A DNA stretch of 37,344 nucleotides from an uncultured virus (IMG/VR IMGVR_UViG_3300029305_001437) (Duplodnaviria; Heunggongvirae; Uroviricota; Caudoviricetes): the IMG/VR virus record IMGVR_UViG_3300029305_001437; one strand, written 5' to 3'. The notes under the pieces are model-generated. The model had not been told where the DNA came from and ran no database searches. It saw only the letters and a list, made by a program, of their open reading frames with translations. Made by a program: the position numbers and the translations under genes. Every line of letters starts with the position of its first letter. Position 1 is the stretch's first letter. Below, piece after piece: positions 1 through 8,349 of this stretch.

Positions 1-2
1 AT

Positions 3-326
3 AGTTCCTGCCCAAAGTGCGGAGGTAGCTTCGATGTAGATGTTCCCGAAGGGAAGATCGTAGTTGCCTTTACAGATCCGCTTGACGGAGAAGACGAGCC
101 CTATAAGTCGTTCGATCAAGCGGTTCCCACTTGGAACATCCACGGGTACTACGCTTTCGATAGCGTGGAGGAGTTCCTGCAGAAGTGGAAGGAGTTTGTC
201 GATGAGCCCTACGGTATGTGGTACTGGGTGATCGACGAAGGCAAGGTGATATGCAGTGGTGCCGTTGACCCGTATGACATCGAGATATTCCAGGAACACT
301 GGGGACTGAAAGAGGAGGAAGACTGA
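3..326 (+). CDS. 5'-truncated hypothetical protein (CPKC zinc-ribbon-like motif near the window edge)
   Basis: Frame 3 is open from the window start (SSCPKCGGSFDVDVPEG...EEED) to TGA 324-326, which overlaps the next ATG (TGATG coupling). Not in the ORF track because its start lies outside the window. Confidence 0.7.
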   Translation, partial: SSCPKCGGSFDVDVPEGKIVVAFTDPLDGEDEPYKSFDQAVPTWNIHGYYAFDSVEEFLQKWKEFVDEPYGMWYWVIDEGKVICSGAVDPYDIEIFQEHWGLKEEED

Positions 327-607
327 TGAAAAAATGGAAGTCCGGAATAAATAGGCACGAGCTGTTCTTGCAGGGCGTTTCTGTTTGCGTATTGCACTTT
401 GGACCTGACTGCGGCTACTACTGTGAGGCACAGATCGGGAACGGCATCCGTAACGAGAGCTTCGGTTTCTGCACGGAGTACGAAGCGAAGATCAGTGCCG
501 AGGCTTGGTATGCAGCACAGATGAGAGCCTGTTATCGGTTTTACAGGCGGTGTGCAACGGAATGTCTGGACAGACTGAGGGACTTGGGGGTATCGGAGAA
601 GGTATGA
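326..607 (+). CDS. hypothetical phage protein, 93 aa
   Basis: GAGGAGG RBS upstream; TGATG and ATGA coupling with both neighbours. Confidence 0.65.
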   Translation: MKKWKSGINRHELFLQGVSVCVLHFGPDCGYYCEAQIGNGIRNESFGFCTEYEAKISAEAWYAAQMRACYRFYRRCATECLDRLRDLGVSEKV

Positions 608-846
608 AGAAGTATGTTTGCACAGCAGGCTTCGCTCTGGAGCAGTTCGACGATGACGGGTTCACTACTGAAAAGTGGATGACAGTCGAAGAAGGCGATA
701 TATGGACTGAAGATGACACCGCCTTCCGCATGGTTGGAGGCGACGACACAGTCAGACTGGTACGGAAGAAAGAGAACTCCGAAGGCTGGATGGAGATCAC
801 GAAGGAGACCCTGGCCACACACTTTGCCCTGGTCGAAAATACTTAG
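604..846 (+). CDS. hypothetical phage protein, 80 aa (MKKYVCTAGF...)
   Basis: ATG 604 overlaps the previous stop (ATGA) and has GGAGAAGG upstream, so it is preferred over the longer ORF-track start at 505. Confidence 0.7.
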   Translation: MKKYVCTAGFALEQFDDDGFTTEKWMTVEEGDIWTEDDTAFRMVGGDDTVRLVRKKENSEGWMEITKETLATHFALVENT

Positions 847-865
847 CCGGCGACCGCCTTTCTTA

Positions 866-893
866 TTGACTTTTCACGGTACTGTGATATAAT
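866..893 (+). promoter_or_regulatory. sigma-A/70 promoter for the DUF4160/DUF2442 cassette
   Basis: TTGACT (866-871), 16 nt spacer, extended -10 TGnTATAAT (885-893). Confidence 0.8.
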
Positions 894-915
894 AAAAGAA
901 AAGGTGGTAGCACAG

Positions 916-1170
916 ATGCCGACAATTTCTCGATTTTATGGACTTATCATTCGCATGAACCTCCGCAGCCGGGAACATAATCCCCCTCATATCCACGCAG
1001 AATACGGGGAATATGAAGCCTTAATCGACCTGCGGGATTTATCGGTGGTCCGGGGCAAACTCCCAAATCGTGCCTTGGAAATGACCCTTGAGTGGACTTC
1101 CCAAAATCAGCAAAAACTGCTTGAAATGTGGGAAACCTCCCAAATCACAAAACTGCCCCCGCTCGTCTGA
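916..1170 (+). CDS. DUF4160-family protein (putative toxin of a DUF4160/DUF2442 TA pair)
   Basis: MPTISRFYGLIIRM...EHNPPHIHAEYGEYEA...W...L..W is the typical DUF4160 pattern; AAGGTGG RBS before ATG 916. Confidence 0.85.
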   Translation: MPTISRFYGLIIRMNLRSREHNPPHIHAEYGEYEALIDLRDLSVVRGKLPNRALEMTLEWTSQNQQKLLEMWETSQITKLPPLV

Positions 1171-1195
1171 GCGGGGCATCCGACAGGAGGAGCTT

Positions 1196-1651
1196 ATGGA
1201 AAACTTTGTCGAATATCCGATCAGGACGCTGACCTTGGTTAAGGACTACGAGGTGATCGCCCACTTCAAGAATGGCGATGTGAAGCGGTATGATTTCCGG
1301 AAGATCATCGACCAGCTGGAACCGCTGAGGATCTTGGCGGAAGACTACGAGCTGTTCCAGAAAATCCATCTGTCTGCCGGCGGATACAGCATCATCTGGA
1401 ACGACGACCTTGACCTCGAAGCTGAGGAGCTGTGGTACGAAGGTGAAGATGTTGACTCCCCGTTCCGGGATCTTATGGCTTTCCGTGATGCGGAAGAAAC
1501 CTGGGGCTTGAAACCGAGTGCCCTCCGGAAGGCTGTTCAGTACAAGCGGTTCACAGTCGGCGAAGATGTGATGCACTTCGGTAAGCAGTGGGTGATAACC
1601 AAGAAGGCTATGGTACGGGAATACGGCCCCGAACCCAGGCAAGCTGAATAA
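1196..1651 (+). CDS. DUF2442-domain protein with C-terminal helix-turn-helix (putative antitoxin/regulator)
   Basis: DYEVIAHFKNGDVKRYDF...GGYSIIWNDDLDLEAEELW is DUF2442-like; the C-terminus (DAEETWGLKPSALRKA...FGKQWVITKKAM.REYG) resembles an HTH; AGGAGG RBS. Confidence 0.8.
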   Translation: MENFVEYPIRTLTLVKDYEVIAHFKNGDVKRYDFRKIIDQLEPLRILAEDYELFQKIHLSAGGYSIIWNDDLDLEAEELWYEGEDVDSPFRDLMAFRDAEETWGLKPSALRKAVQYKRFTVGEDVMHFGKQWVITKKAMVREYGPEPRQAE

Positions 1652-1655
1652 GACG

Positions 1656-1684
1656 AGCGGCTCTCGAAAGAGGGCCGCTTTTTT
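1656..1684 (+). terminator. intrinsic terminator
   Basis: AGCGGCTCTC-GAAA-GAGGGCCGCT followed by a T-run. Confidence 0.85.
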
Positions 1685-1928
1685 ATGCCCAAATGTCCGA
1701 CTCAAGCCAATACCAGAACCCGAAGCAATACCCTACATCATTCGGCACCCGGCAATCAGCTCCATTTGCCAATTTTGCAGACCTGAAAGACGGTGATTAT
1801 GGTCATTTCCTGTCACTGTCACTAAATGACACGATTTCGCACTGAATTGCATTGAGTTGTCATAAATGCTGGTGTATCGTGTATAACAGCAAAAACCGGA
1901 TGACTGTTGGGGGACAGGAAATCCACAG

Positions 1929-1955
1929 AGCGTCGCTGAAAAGCGGCGTTTTTTC
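1929..1955 (+). terminator. terminator/attenuator-like hairpin directly upstream of the ParB-sugar operon
   Basis: GCGTCGCT-GAAA-AGCGGCGT followed by a T-run, ending about 13 nt before the GGAGG RBS of the 1981 gene. Confidence 0.6.
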
Positions 1956-1980
1956 ATTCTCATTTATGGAGGTTCAAGTT

Positions 1981-2619
1981 ATGGCAAAGAGAATTGAGGT
2001 TGTCCAACGCAGAGTTGGTGACCTGAAACTGGACTTCGGCAATCCTCGTAAGATCAAGAAGCAAAAGAAAGAGGATCTCGAACAGTCCCTGAATGACCAC
2101 GGCGACTTTGGTATTATCATTATCAATGAAAAAGACCAGGTCCTTGGTGGCAACCAGCGTGTTATGATCTTCCAGAAGCAGGATCCTGATATGATGGTGT
2201 GGTGTAAGCTGCTGGTCGGCTATACGATTGCCGAGCAGAAGTATGTCAATATCAAGGCGAACAGCCACGCCGGTGAATGGGATCTCGAAGAACTGGGCGA
2301 CTGGACAGCTGACCTGATGAGCAGCTTCAAGCTGGATCTGGAGAAACCCGATAAGCCTCTGGAGGAACGGAGCATCAAGGAGATGGAGCCGATCCACTAT
2401 GAGCAGTATGACTATGTGCTCATTGCTTGCCGTAATGAGCTTGACTATAACGACCTCGTCCGGAAGCTGGGCATCGAAGGCGGCACCGTCAAGGTTGCCA
2501 AGACCCGGCGGATCAAGGGCAGAGCGATCTGGTATGACCAGATGAAGTCCCAGATCATCAGTGCTGAGGAGGTCGCCGCAAGAGAGGCGGAGGAGGCTGG
2601 CGATGATGAAGAAGAATAA
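1981..2619 (+). CDS. ParB/Srx-like N-terminal domain protein (phage DNA-modification-cluster type)
   Basis: GNPRKI...LEQSLNDHG...IIIN...VLGGNQRV...NIKANSHAGEWD matches the ParB-N pattern; GGAGG RBS before ATG 1981. Confidence 0.75.
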   Translation: MAKRIEVVQRRVGDLKLDFGNPRKIKKQKKEDLEQSLNDHGDFGIIIINEKDQVLGGNQRVMIFQKQDPDMMVWCKLLVGYTIAEQKYVNIKANSHAGEWDLEELGDWTADLMSSFKLDLEKPDKPLEERSIKEMEPIHYEQYDYVLIACRNELDYNDLVRKLGIEGGTVKVAKTRRIKGRAIWYDQMKSQIISAEEVAAREAEEAGDDEEE

Positions 2620-3841
2620 TCCCATCAAGTTTGCGTCCCCCGACCTGAGCAAGAAAGAGCTGAACGAGATCCGGAAGGTACTGGATAGCGGTTGGCTCAC
2701 GAATGGCCCGGTCGTCCGGGATTTCGAGCGGAAGATTGCTTCGATGAGCAACTGCCGCAGAGCAGTCGCTTTTGACAGCTGTACCGCAGCGATGGAGATG
2801 ACGCTCCGTGCCTTGGGCATCGGCCCTGGGGATGAAGTCATCACCACACCGTATACATATTCCGCAACGGCGGAAGTCATCCGAAACACGGGAGCCAAGA
2901 TCGTATTCGTCGATCTGGCTCCTAACTCTTTTGAGATGGACTACCACCTGGTTGAAAAGGCGATTACGCCCCGTACCAAGGCAGTCATTCCGGTTGACAT
3001 CGGCGGCAAGCTCTGCAACTACGCAGCACTCCAGCTTGCGATCGAACTGAAGTCCAACATCTTCAAGCCGGCCAATCCGGTGCAGGAGGCGATGGGCAGA
3101 GTTGCTATTGTAGCAGATGCAGCTCACAGCTTCGGTGCAGAACAGGACAGCCACCTTGCCGGCGAACTGGCGGATTTCACCTGCTTCAGTTTCCATGTGC
3201 TGAAATGTATCACCACCGGAGGCGAGGGTGGTGCGGTAGTGTGGAAAGAGATCCACGGTATCGACAACGCCAAGTTCGAGGAAACCCTGAGGCTGCTTGG
3301 CGATCACGGCCAAACATCCCGGGATAAGTCGACCGGTTGGGAGTACGACATCGCCCTGTTCGGCTATAACCACATTATGACGAACATCGACGCCGCAATG
3401 GGCATTGCCCAGTTGGATCGGTTCAAGGAGATCTGCGACAGACGGATGGAGGTAACGCTCCGGTACGATGAGCTGTTCGCCAAGACCGATGTGGCGGAGC
3501 CGATGATCCAGCACTTCGGGTCGAACTACACCAGCTCGATGCACCTGTACCCGATCCGGTTGGCAACACCTGCGTTCCTGACTGAACAGGACAAGGGACA
3601 CGAGTTCTGGAGAAATATGGTGTACCGCCAGCTCCGGGCAGCAGGGATCCCCTGCAATGTTCACTACAAGCCCCTGCCTATGATGACGGCCTACAAGAAC
3701 GCAGGCTTCGACATCGCAGATTACCCCAACGCCTACAAGCAGTTCCGTAGCTTGCTGACGATCCCGTACCACACCTACCTGACTGCAGAACAGCAGGAGT
3801 TCATCGTGGATACCATCGGAAAGGTGGCGATGGGCGTATGA
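2603..3841 (+). CDS. DegT/DnrJ/EryC1/StrS-family PLP-dependent nucleotide-sugar aminotransferase
   Basis: SGWLTNGP..FE, DSCTAA, GPGDEVIT, DAAHSFGA, FSFHVLK (PLP lysine)-ITTGGEGG motifs; AGGAGG RBS. Start is 2603 or 2606. Confidence 0.93.
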   Translation: MMKKNNPIKFASPDLSKKELNEIRKVLDSGWLTNGPVVRDFERKIASMSNCRRAVAFDSCTAAMEMTLRALGIGPGDEVITTPYTYSATAEVIRNTGAKIVFVDLAPNSFEMDYHLVEKAITPRTKAVIPVDIGGKLCNYAALQLAIELKSNIFKPANPVQEAMGRVAIVADAAHSFGAEQDSHLAGELADFTCFSFHVLKCITTGGEGGAVVWKEIHGIDNAKFEETLRLLGDHGQTSRDKSTGWEYDIALFGYNHIMTNIDAAMGIAQLDRFKEICDRRMEVTLRYDELFAKTDVAEPMIQHFGSNYTSSMHLYPIRLATPAFLTEQDKGHEFWRNMVYRQLRAAGIPCNVHYKPLPMMTAYKNAGFDIADYPNAYKQFRSLLTIPYHTYLTAEQQEFIVDTIGKVAMGV

Positions 3842-4815
3842 GTGATACCATCAAGGGTGCGACCATACTGATTACCGGCGGCACCGGTACATTCGGCAAT
3901 GCCTTCCTCGACAAGTGCTTGGAGATGGATGCAGCCGAAGTCCGGATCTTCAGCCGGGATGAGAAGAAACAGTATGATATGGCACAGAGATACCGGGAGC
4001 ACAAGAATGTCAAGTTCTTCCTCGGAGACATCCGGGATAAGCGGACACTTGACCCGGCTATGTACGGCGTTGACTATGTGTTCCACGCCGCAGCTATGAA
4101 GCAGGTTCCCTCCTGCGAACGCTTCCCGATGGAGGCTGTGAAGACCAACATCCAGGGCAGCGAGAACCTCTTGATCTCCGCAGTCCAGCGGCGGGTCAAG
4201 AAGGTTGTTTGCCTGTCTACCGATAAGGCGGTGTATCCCACCTCCGCTATGGGTATGACCAAGGCATATATGGAGAAGTTGGCTCTGCAAAGAGCTGAGG
4301 AGCAGGACCGTACACAGATCTGCATCACCCGGTTTGGCAACCTGGTTGCATCCCGGGGTAGTGCTGTGCCTCTGTTCATTGAGCAGGTGCAGACTGGTAT
4401 GCCGATCACGATTACCCATCCGGATATGACCCGCTTCCTGATGACCGTCAATGAGGCGGTCGATCTGGTAGCCCGTGCGTTCAGCCTGGGTCAGAACGGT
4501 GAGCTCCTCGTCAAGAAGTCCTCTGCCTGTACGACCGGAGATCTGGCGAGTGCGGTATGTAAGTACCTGAACCTGCCTGAGGATTACCCCAAGAAGATCA
4601 TCGGCATCCGCCCCGGCGAGAAAATGCACGAAGCATTGCTGACCGAGGAGGAGGCAGAGCTGGCCACTGTGAAGGGAGACTACATCGTAGTATCCCGGAA
4701 GCGGGACAGCGTGGGTAGGATTGACGCCCAGTACAAGTCCGAGCTTGCACCCCGTATGACGGAGGAGCAGGTATTGAACCTGATCCGCAGTGTGTTCGAG
4801 GGAGGTGTTCACTGA
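3838..4815 (+). CDS. UDP-N-acetylglucosamine 4,6-dehydratase, FnlA/CapE/WbjB-like extended SDR
   Basis: ITGGTGTFG Rossmann motif, FSRDEKKQ, FHAAAMKQVPSCE, LSTDKA, MGMTK (MxxxK in place of YxxxK, as in CapE/FnlA), RFGN, GIRPGEKMHE. Confidence 0.92.
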   Translation: MSDTIKGATILITGGTGTFGNAFLDKCLEMDAAEVRIFSRDEKKQYDMAQRYREHKNVKFFLGDIRDKRTLDPAMYGVDYVFHAAAMKQVPSCERFPMEAVKTNIQGSENLLISAVQRRVKKVVCLSTDKAVYPTSAMGMTKAYMEKLALQRAEEQDRTQICITRFGNLVASRGSAVPLFIEQVQTGMPITITHPDMTRFLMTVNEAVDLVARAFSLGQNGELLVKKSSACTTGDLASAVCKYLNLPEDYPKKIIGIRPGEKMHEALLTEEEAELATVKGDYIVVSRKRDSVGRIDAQYKSELAPRMTEEQVLNLIRSVFEGGVH

Positions 4816-5519
4816 TGCCTAAGAAGATCCTGTTTGTAGTTGCCCATCCGGACGACGAGCTCCTGGGAGCCGGTGCGTTCATCCACGATGCAGCTAAGGC
4901 AGGCCACGAGATTGCCGTGGCGGTGCTGAACACCTGTGACACTACCCGCTATCAGGATGATTTTAAGCGGATCGTCGCTGATATGGTACGGACACACCAC
5001 GAAGTCGGTATTTCGCAGTTGTATCCATTCTGCTATACCGACAGCAACTTCCACAATGCCGACCATCGCCAGATGGTACAGGACATTGAGAAGGTGATGC
5101 GGGAGTTCCAGCCTGATTACATTTTCACCCAGCACCCCGGTGATATTAACACCGATCACTACTGGACGGCAGCATCCTGTATGGAAGCCTTCCGCCTGTG
5201 GCAACGGGGCCGGGAGGAGATGAAGCCGGTCAAGGCTCTCTACCTGATGGAAGTCCAGTCCTCTACCGACTGGGCACTGAACCCGTCGATCAAGAAATTC
5301 GACGCCAATACCTACATCCCGGTAACGGAGGCAGGTGTGGCGGCTAAGATCCGTGCATTGGGACTGTATGAGAATGTCATCCGTCCCGTTCCGCATCCCC
5401 GGAGCGAGGAAGCTCTTTGGGCATTGCCCCGGCTCCGTGGTGCACAGTGCGGTATGCCGTATGCTGAGGCGTTCGAGTGCGTGTTCAGACTGGAGGGGAT
5501 TGTATGGGGGACTTGGTAG
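4815..5519 (+). CDS. PIG-L/LmbE-family N-deacetylase
   Basis: VAHPDDE metal-binding motif, HPGDINTDH, C-terminal R..RGAQCG..YAEAF. Confidence 0.9.
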   Translation: MPKKILFVVAHPDDELLGAGAFIHDAAKAGHEIAVAVLNTCDTTRYQDDFKRIVADMVRTHHEVGISQLYPFCYTDSNFHNADHRQMVQDIEKVMREFQPDYIFTQHPGDINTDHYWTAASCMEAFRLWQRGREEMKPVKALYLMEVQSSTDWALNPSIKKFDANTYIPVTEAGVAAKIRALGLYENVIRPVPHPRSEEALWALPRLRGAQCGMPYAEAFECVFRLEGIVWGTW

Positions 5520-6208
5520 TCCTTGCGTCCCACCAGCCTGACTTTTTCCCGTGGATGGGATATTTCTACAAGATATTCCGGAGTAAGATCTTCGTATTCT
5601 CCGACAATGTCCAGTATTCCAAGTCAGCCCGACACAACTACAACGACATCCTGACTGCCAATGGTCCGCAGCGGTTCACGCTGCCGATCCACTACCATTG
5701 CGTTGACATCGACAAGATGGAGATCGCAGCGGATGAGCGAGTTGTGGAGAAGATGCTGAAGACCTTGAAGTTTGCATACGGAAAGGCAAAGCACTTCGAT
5801 GAGGTGTACCCGGTAATGGAGGAGCTGCTCGGTCGGGCACCGACGGCGAAAAGCCTTGCCGATTTCAACTATATGTGCATATTCGATTTCTGCCATCGGT
5901 TCGGTATGTTCGATGATGGTACTGAGCGGGAGTTCTATCGCTCCTCTTGGCTCAACCTCAAGGAACGCCGGGACGCACGGATCATCGAGATGTGCAAGCT
6001 CCTGAACGCAGATATGTATATCAGCGGGTCAGGGGCGAAAGATTACCACATCGAGGAAGATTACCGGAACAACGGGATCGACCTCGTCTATTCTGACTAT
6101 GAACCGGTGGTTTACGATCAGGTGGGAGGCAAGCAGGTTATCAACCTGTCTGTCATCGACTATGTGATGAACTGCGGGTTTGAGATCCCGAGGGGGTGGA
6201 AAGTATGA
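5504..6208 (+). CDS. wbqC: WbqC-family protein (putative glycyl transferase onto a 4-amino sugar)
   Basis: HQP.F.PW.GYF.KI...DNVQY, Y.KA..F, YISG.G.K.Y, NLSVIDY..N.G match the WbqC-like pattern; GGAGGGG RBS before ATG 5504. Confidence 0.88.
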   Translation: MGDLVVLASHQPDFFPWMGYFYKIFRSKIFVFSDNVQYSKSARHNYNDILTANGPQRFTLPIHYHCVDIDKMEIAADERVVEKMLKTLKFAYGKAKHFDEVYPVMEELLGRAPTAKSLADFNYMCIFDFCHRFGMFDDGTEREFYRSSWLNLKERRDARIIEMCKLLNADMYISGSGAKDYHIEEDYRNNGIDLVYSDYEPVVYDQVGGKQVINLSVIDYVMNCGFEIPRGWKV

Positions 6209-6927
6209 ATGAACCGACATTCGGTATCTATATTCCCAGCTACAAGCGGTTCAAGACCTGTACCGCCCACCAGTTTTTGGAGTATGGTACTTACATCGTA
6301 AGAGAGAGCGAGTACGAGGACTATGTAGCGGCTCTGGCTGACTACCCTCACATCAAGGTGCAGGCGGTCGAAGATAGCCAGATCTGCGGACTGACTGAAG
6401 TAAACCAATGGCTCATTGATAACGCTCCGGAAGATGTGATCGCCATCCTCGACGATGACATCCACCATTTCTACTACCGGATGTTTGAAACGGAGTCGAT
6501 CTCGGATCCTGACCTCATTACCGGTGAACTCGAAAGAGTAGGCCAGCTGATGTGGGATCTCGGCATCGGGTTCGGTGCAACTGACGCAACCATCCGCCCC
6601 TGGAACTACGACTGTGAGTTCTCGTTCAAGGGATGTGCGGGTGCAGTCCGTTGGGTGAACCGGCGGACATTCAAGTCCAAGTGTGTCAAGGAGCTGGAGT
6701 ATAACTACGACATCGACCTTGTCCTTCAGGAGCTGCTGACCAACCGGGTGATCCTGAAACCGAAGTATTTCTGCTCGAAGGGATTGACAGATACCAACGA
6801 AGGCGGAGCATCGGGCAAGAAGCGGGGAGACCAGGTGGCAAGCATCAACCTGATGAAATCCAAATGGGGTAAATACTTCTCATACAATATGAAGACGAAT
6901 GTACCCCACATCAATGTGAAAAGATAG
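6205..6927 (+). CDS. GT-A-fold glycosyltransferase, TAGT/GREB1-like phage family
   Basis: IYIPSYKR N-terminal strand, LDDDI DxD motif, DIDLVLQ, TNEGG and KWG C-terminal motifs, in a ParB/terminase gene context. Confidence 0.75.
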   Translation: MNEPTFGIYIPSYKRFKTCTAHQFLEYGTYIVRESEYEDYVAALADYPHIKVQAVEDSQICGLTEVNQWLIDNAPEDVIAILDDDIHHFYYRMFETESISDPDLITGELERVGQLMWDLGIGFGATDATIRPWNYDCEFSFKGCAGAVRWVNRRTFKSKCVKELEYNYDIDLVLQELLTNRVILKPKYFCSKGLTDTNEGGASGKKRGDQVASINLMKSKWGKYFSYNMKTNVPHINVKR

Positions 6928-6956
6928 CCGCCCGACCGGCGAAGCCGGGAGGGTGG
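6928..6956 (+). terminator. GC-rich hairpin ending the sugar operon (no immediate U-tract)
   Basis: CCGCCC-GA-CCGGC-GAA-GCCGG-GA-GGGTGG directly after the TAG stop. Confidence 0.5.
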
Positions 6957-7016
6957 ATAGCTTGAGCATTTTTCCTTGAAAAGTTCAAAAAACACCGTCT
7001 TTTCCCGAAAAAACCC

Positions 7017-7044
7017 TTGACTTAGGCGGTAGATATTGTAAGAT
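7017..7044 (+). promoter_or_regulatory. sigma-A-type promoter
   Basis: TTGACT (7017-7022), 16 nt spacer, TAAGAT (7039-7044), with A/T tracts upstream. Confidence 0.6.
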
Positions 7045-7099
7045 TAAGATACAGGATTACCCTGGATACGATACTGAACTTGGAAAGGATGATGATGAT

Positions 7100-8047
7100 T
7101 TGGCGTATCAAATGCTCACACGAACCGGTAAGTCTTTTTGGGAGGTAACTTCTGCTATGCAGAACGCCATCCGGAAAGGCGACTACGACATCGCAGGACA
7201 CTGCTTATGGGAGCTGCTGCCTCAGTACACACCGTACCTGAGAAAGCGGCTTCTTGTCATTTCTGCCGAGGACTGCTACGGCATCCTGACGAAAGAGATC
7301 CTGCCCCTGTGTGAATACGGCACGGAGGACAGCCTGACAAAAGCACTGGCTCTGCTTTGTGCAGCCAAGAAGAACCGGGACGCAGACTACTTCGTATGCA
7401 ACCTGATGTATGCAGACGAACCCAGCGGTCTCGATAAGCACACGCTGATGCAGACACTCTGCAAGGCTATCCGGAAGCGGGATATGATCGCAACCGGACG
7501 ATACGCAGCCGAGCTTTTCAAATTGTCCCGGAAGGACTTCTGGAAAGCACTGAATGAAACGATGTCTGTTTTCTACCCGCACCTGGAGAGCGAGTTTGCC
7601 GCACTGAGCAGAGCGAACGACTTTATGACCAAGCCGAACGAGGAGACCATCTTCGTAGCGAAGGCGATTATCCTGATGTGGACACAGAGGGAGAATGGTG
7701 ACGATCTGTTTGCCCTGCCCAATATGGACCTGTGGACTCCGTTCCGTATGGATGAGATCACGGTGCCCAAGCCGGTAGACCAGTGCCCCAGAGTGAACGG
7801 TCTGTTCCCTGACTGGGCGTATAACTGGCACACGACCTACGGCAAGTACAAGCTCGGTCGTGATGCGGTACACGCCATCGAGAATGACCAGCGGTTGCTC
7901 ACGCCCCTGGAAGTCAACCTGTTTGATGACTGCTCCTGGAACCGGGACATCAATGCTTGCCTCTTGAAGCATAACCCCCGGAGATATGAGCTGCCCTTCG
8001 ATGACCGTAAGATCACGGTCGAGCAGAAATATGGAACGCAAGTCTGA
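7100..8047 (+). CDS. RarA/MgsA C-terminal-like helical protein lacking the AAA+ ATPase
   Basis: EVTSAMQNAIRKGD...RLLVISAED.G resembles the MgsA 'ISA..KSIRGSD...RRL...A.EDIG' region; a second copy is TLCKAIRKRD; no Walker A motif; TTG start. Confidence 0.65.
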   Translation: MAYQMLTRTGKSFWEVTSAMQNAIRKGDYDIAGHCLWELLPQYTPYLRKRLLVISAEDCYGILTKEILPLCEYGTEDSLTKALALLCAAKKNRDADYFVCNLMYADEPSGLDKHTLMQTLCKAIRKRDMIATGRYAAELFKLSRKDFWKALNETMSVFYPHLESEFAALSRANDFMTKPNEETIFVAKAIILMWTQRENGDDLFALPNMDLWTPFRMDEITVPKPVDQCPRVNGLFPDWAYNWHTTYGKYKLGRDAVHAIENDQRLLTPLEVNLFDDCSWNRDINACLLKHNPRRYELPFDDRKITVEQKYGTQV

Positions 8048-8261
8048 CCGGGTCCGCCGGCTGGTAGCGGAAGGGGAATACAGAGAAGCCCTCCGGATCG
8101 CCAAGGATTTTCGCCTTGGGATCAGCAAGACAGAGTCGGACCTGATTAAGAGGGGCTATGAGTGCCTTGTCCACCCTGAGTTCTACAAGAGCATCGGCGT
8201 AGATGTAGATAGAACCGTGGGGCTGGGTATAGCAGCTCTCAAATGCCTGTATGGGGTATAA
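8031..8261 (+). CDS. hypothetical phage protein, 76 aa (MERKSDRVRRLV...)
   Basis: Overlaps the end of the previous gene, has plausible helical composition and is followed by a terminator. Confidence 0.65.
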   Translation: MERKSDRVRRLVAEGEYREALRIAKDFRLGISKTESDLIKRGYECLVHPEFYKSIGVDVDRTVGLGIAALKCLYGV

Positions 8262-8287
8262 ATTCACCCCGTAAAAAATAAGCCCGT

Positions 8288-8325
8288 AAAACAGCCTCCA
8301 CAGCCTCGTGCTGGGAGGTTGTTTT
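8288..8325. terminator. probable bidirectional terminator before TerS
   Basis: AAAACAGCCTCC...GGAGGTTGTTTT inverted repeat with an inner CAGC/GCTG stem. Confidence 0.6.
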
Positions 8326-8349
8326 CGTTCGTAAGAAACGAGGTAAATT

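Noticed and set aside
1981..2619. ParABS partition system
   Set aside because: No ParA ATPase or ParB HTH region is evident, and the context is a modification operon.
2603..6927. Host O-antigen/capsule locus or serotype-conversion cassette
   Set aside because: There are no membrane proteins (Wzx, Wzy, GtrA/B). The genes share the phage's codon style and GCGC/CGCG avoidance and are coupled to a ParB-like gene. Disfavoured but not formally excluded.
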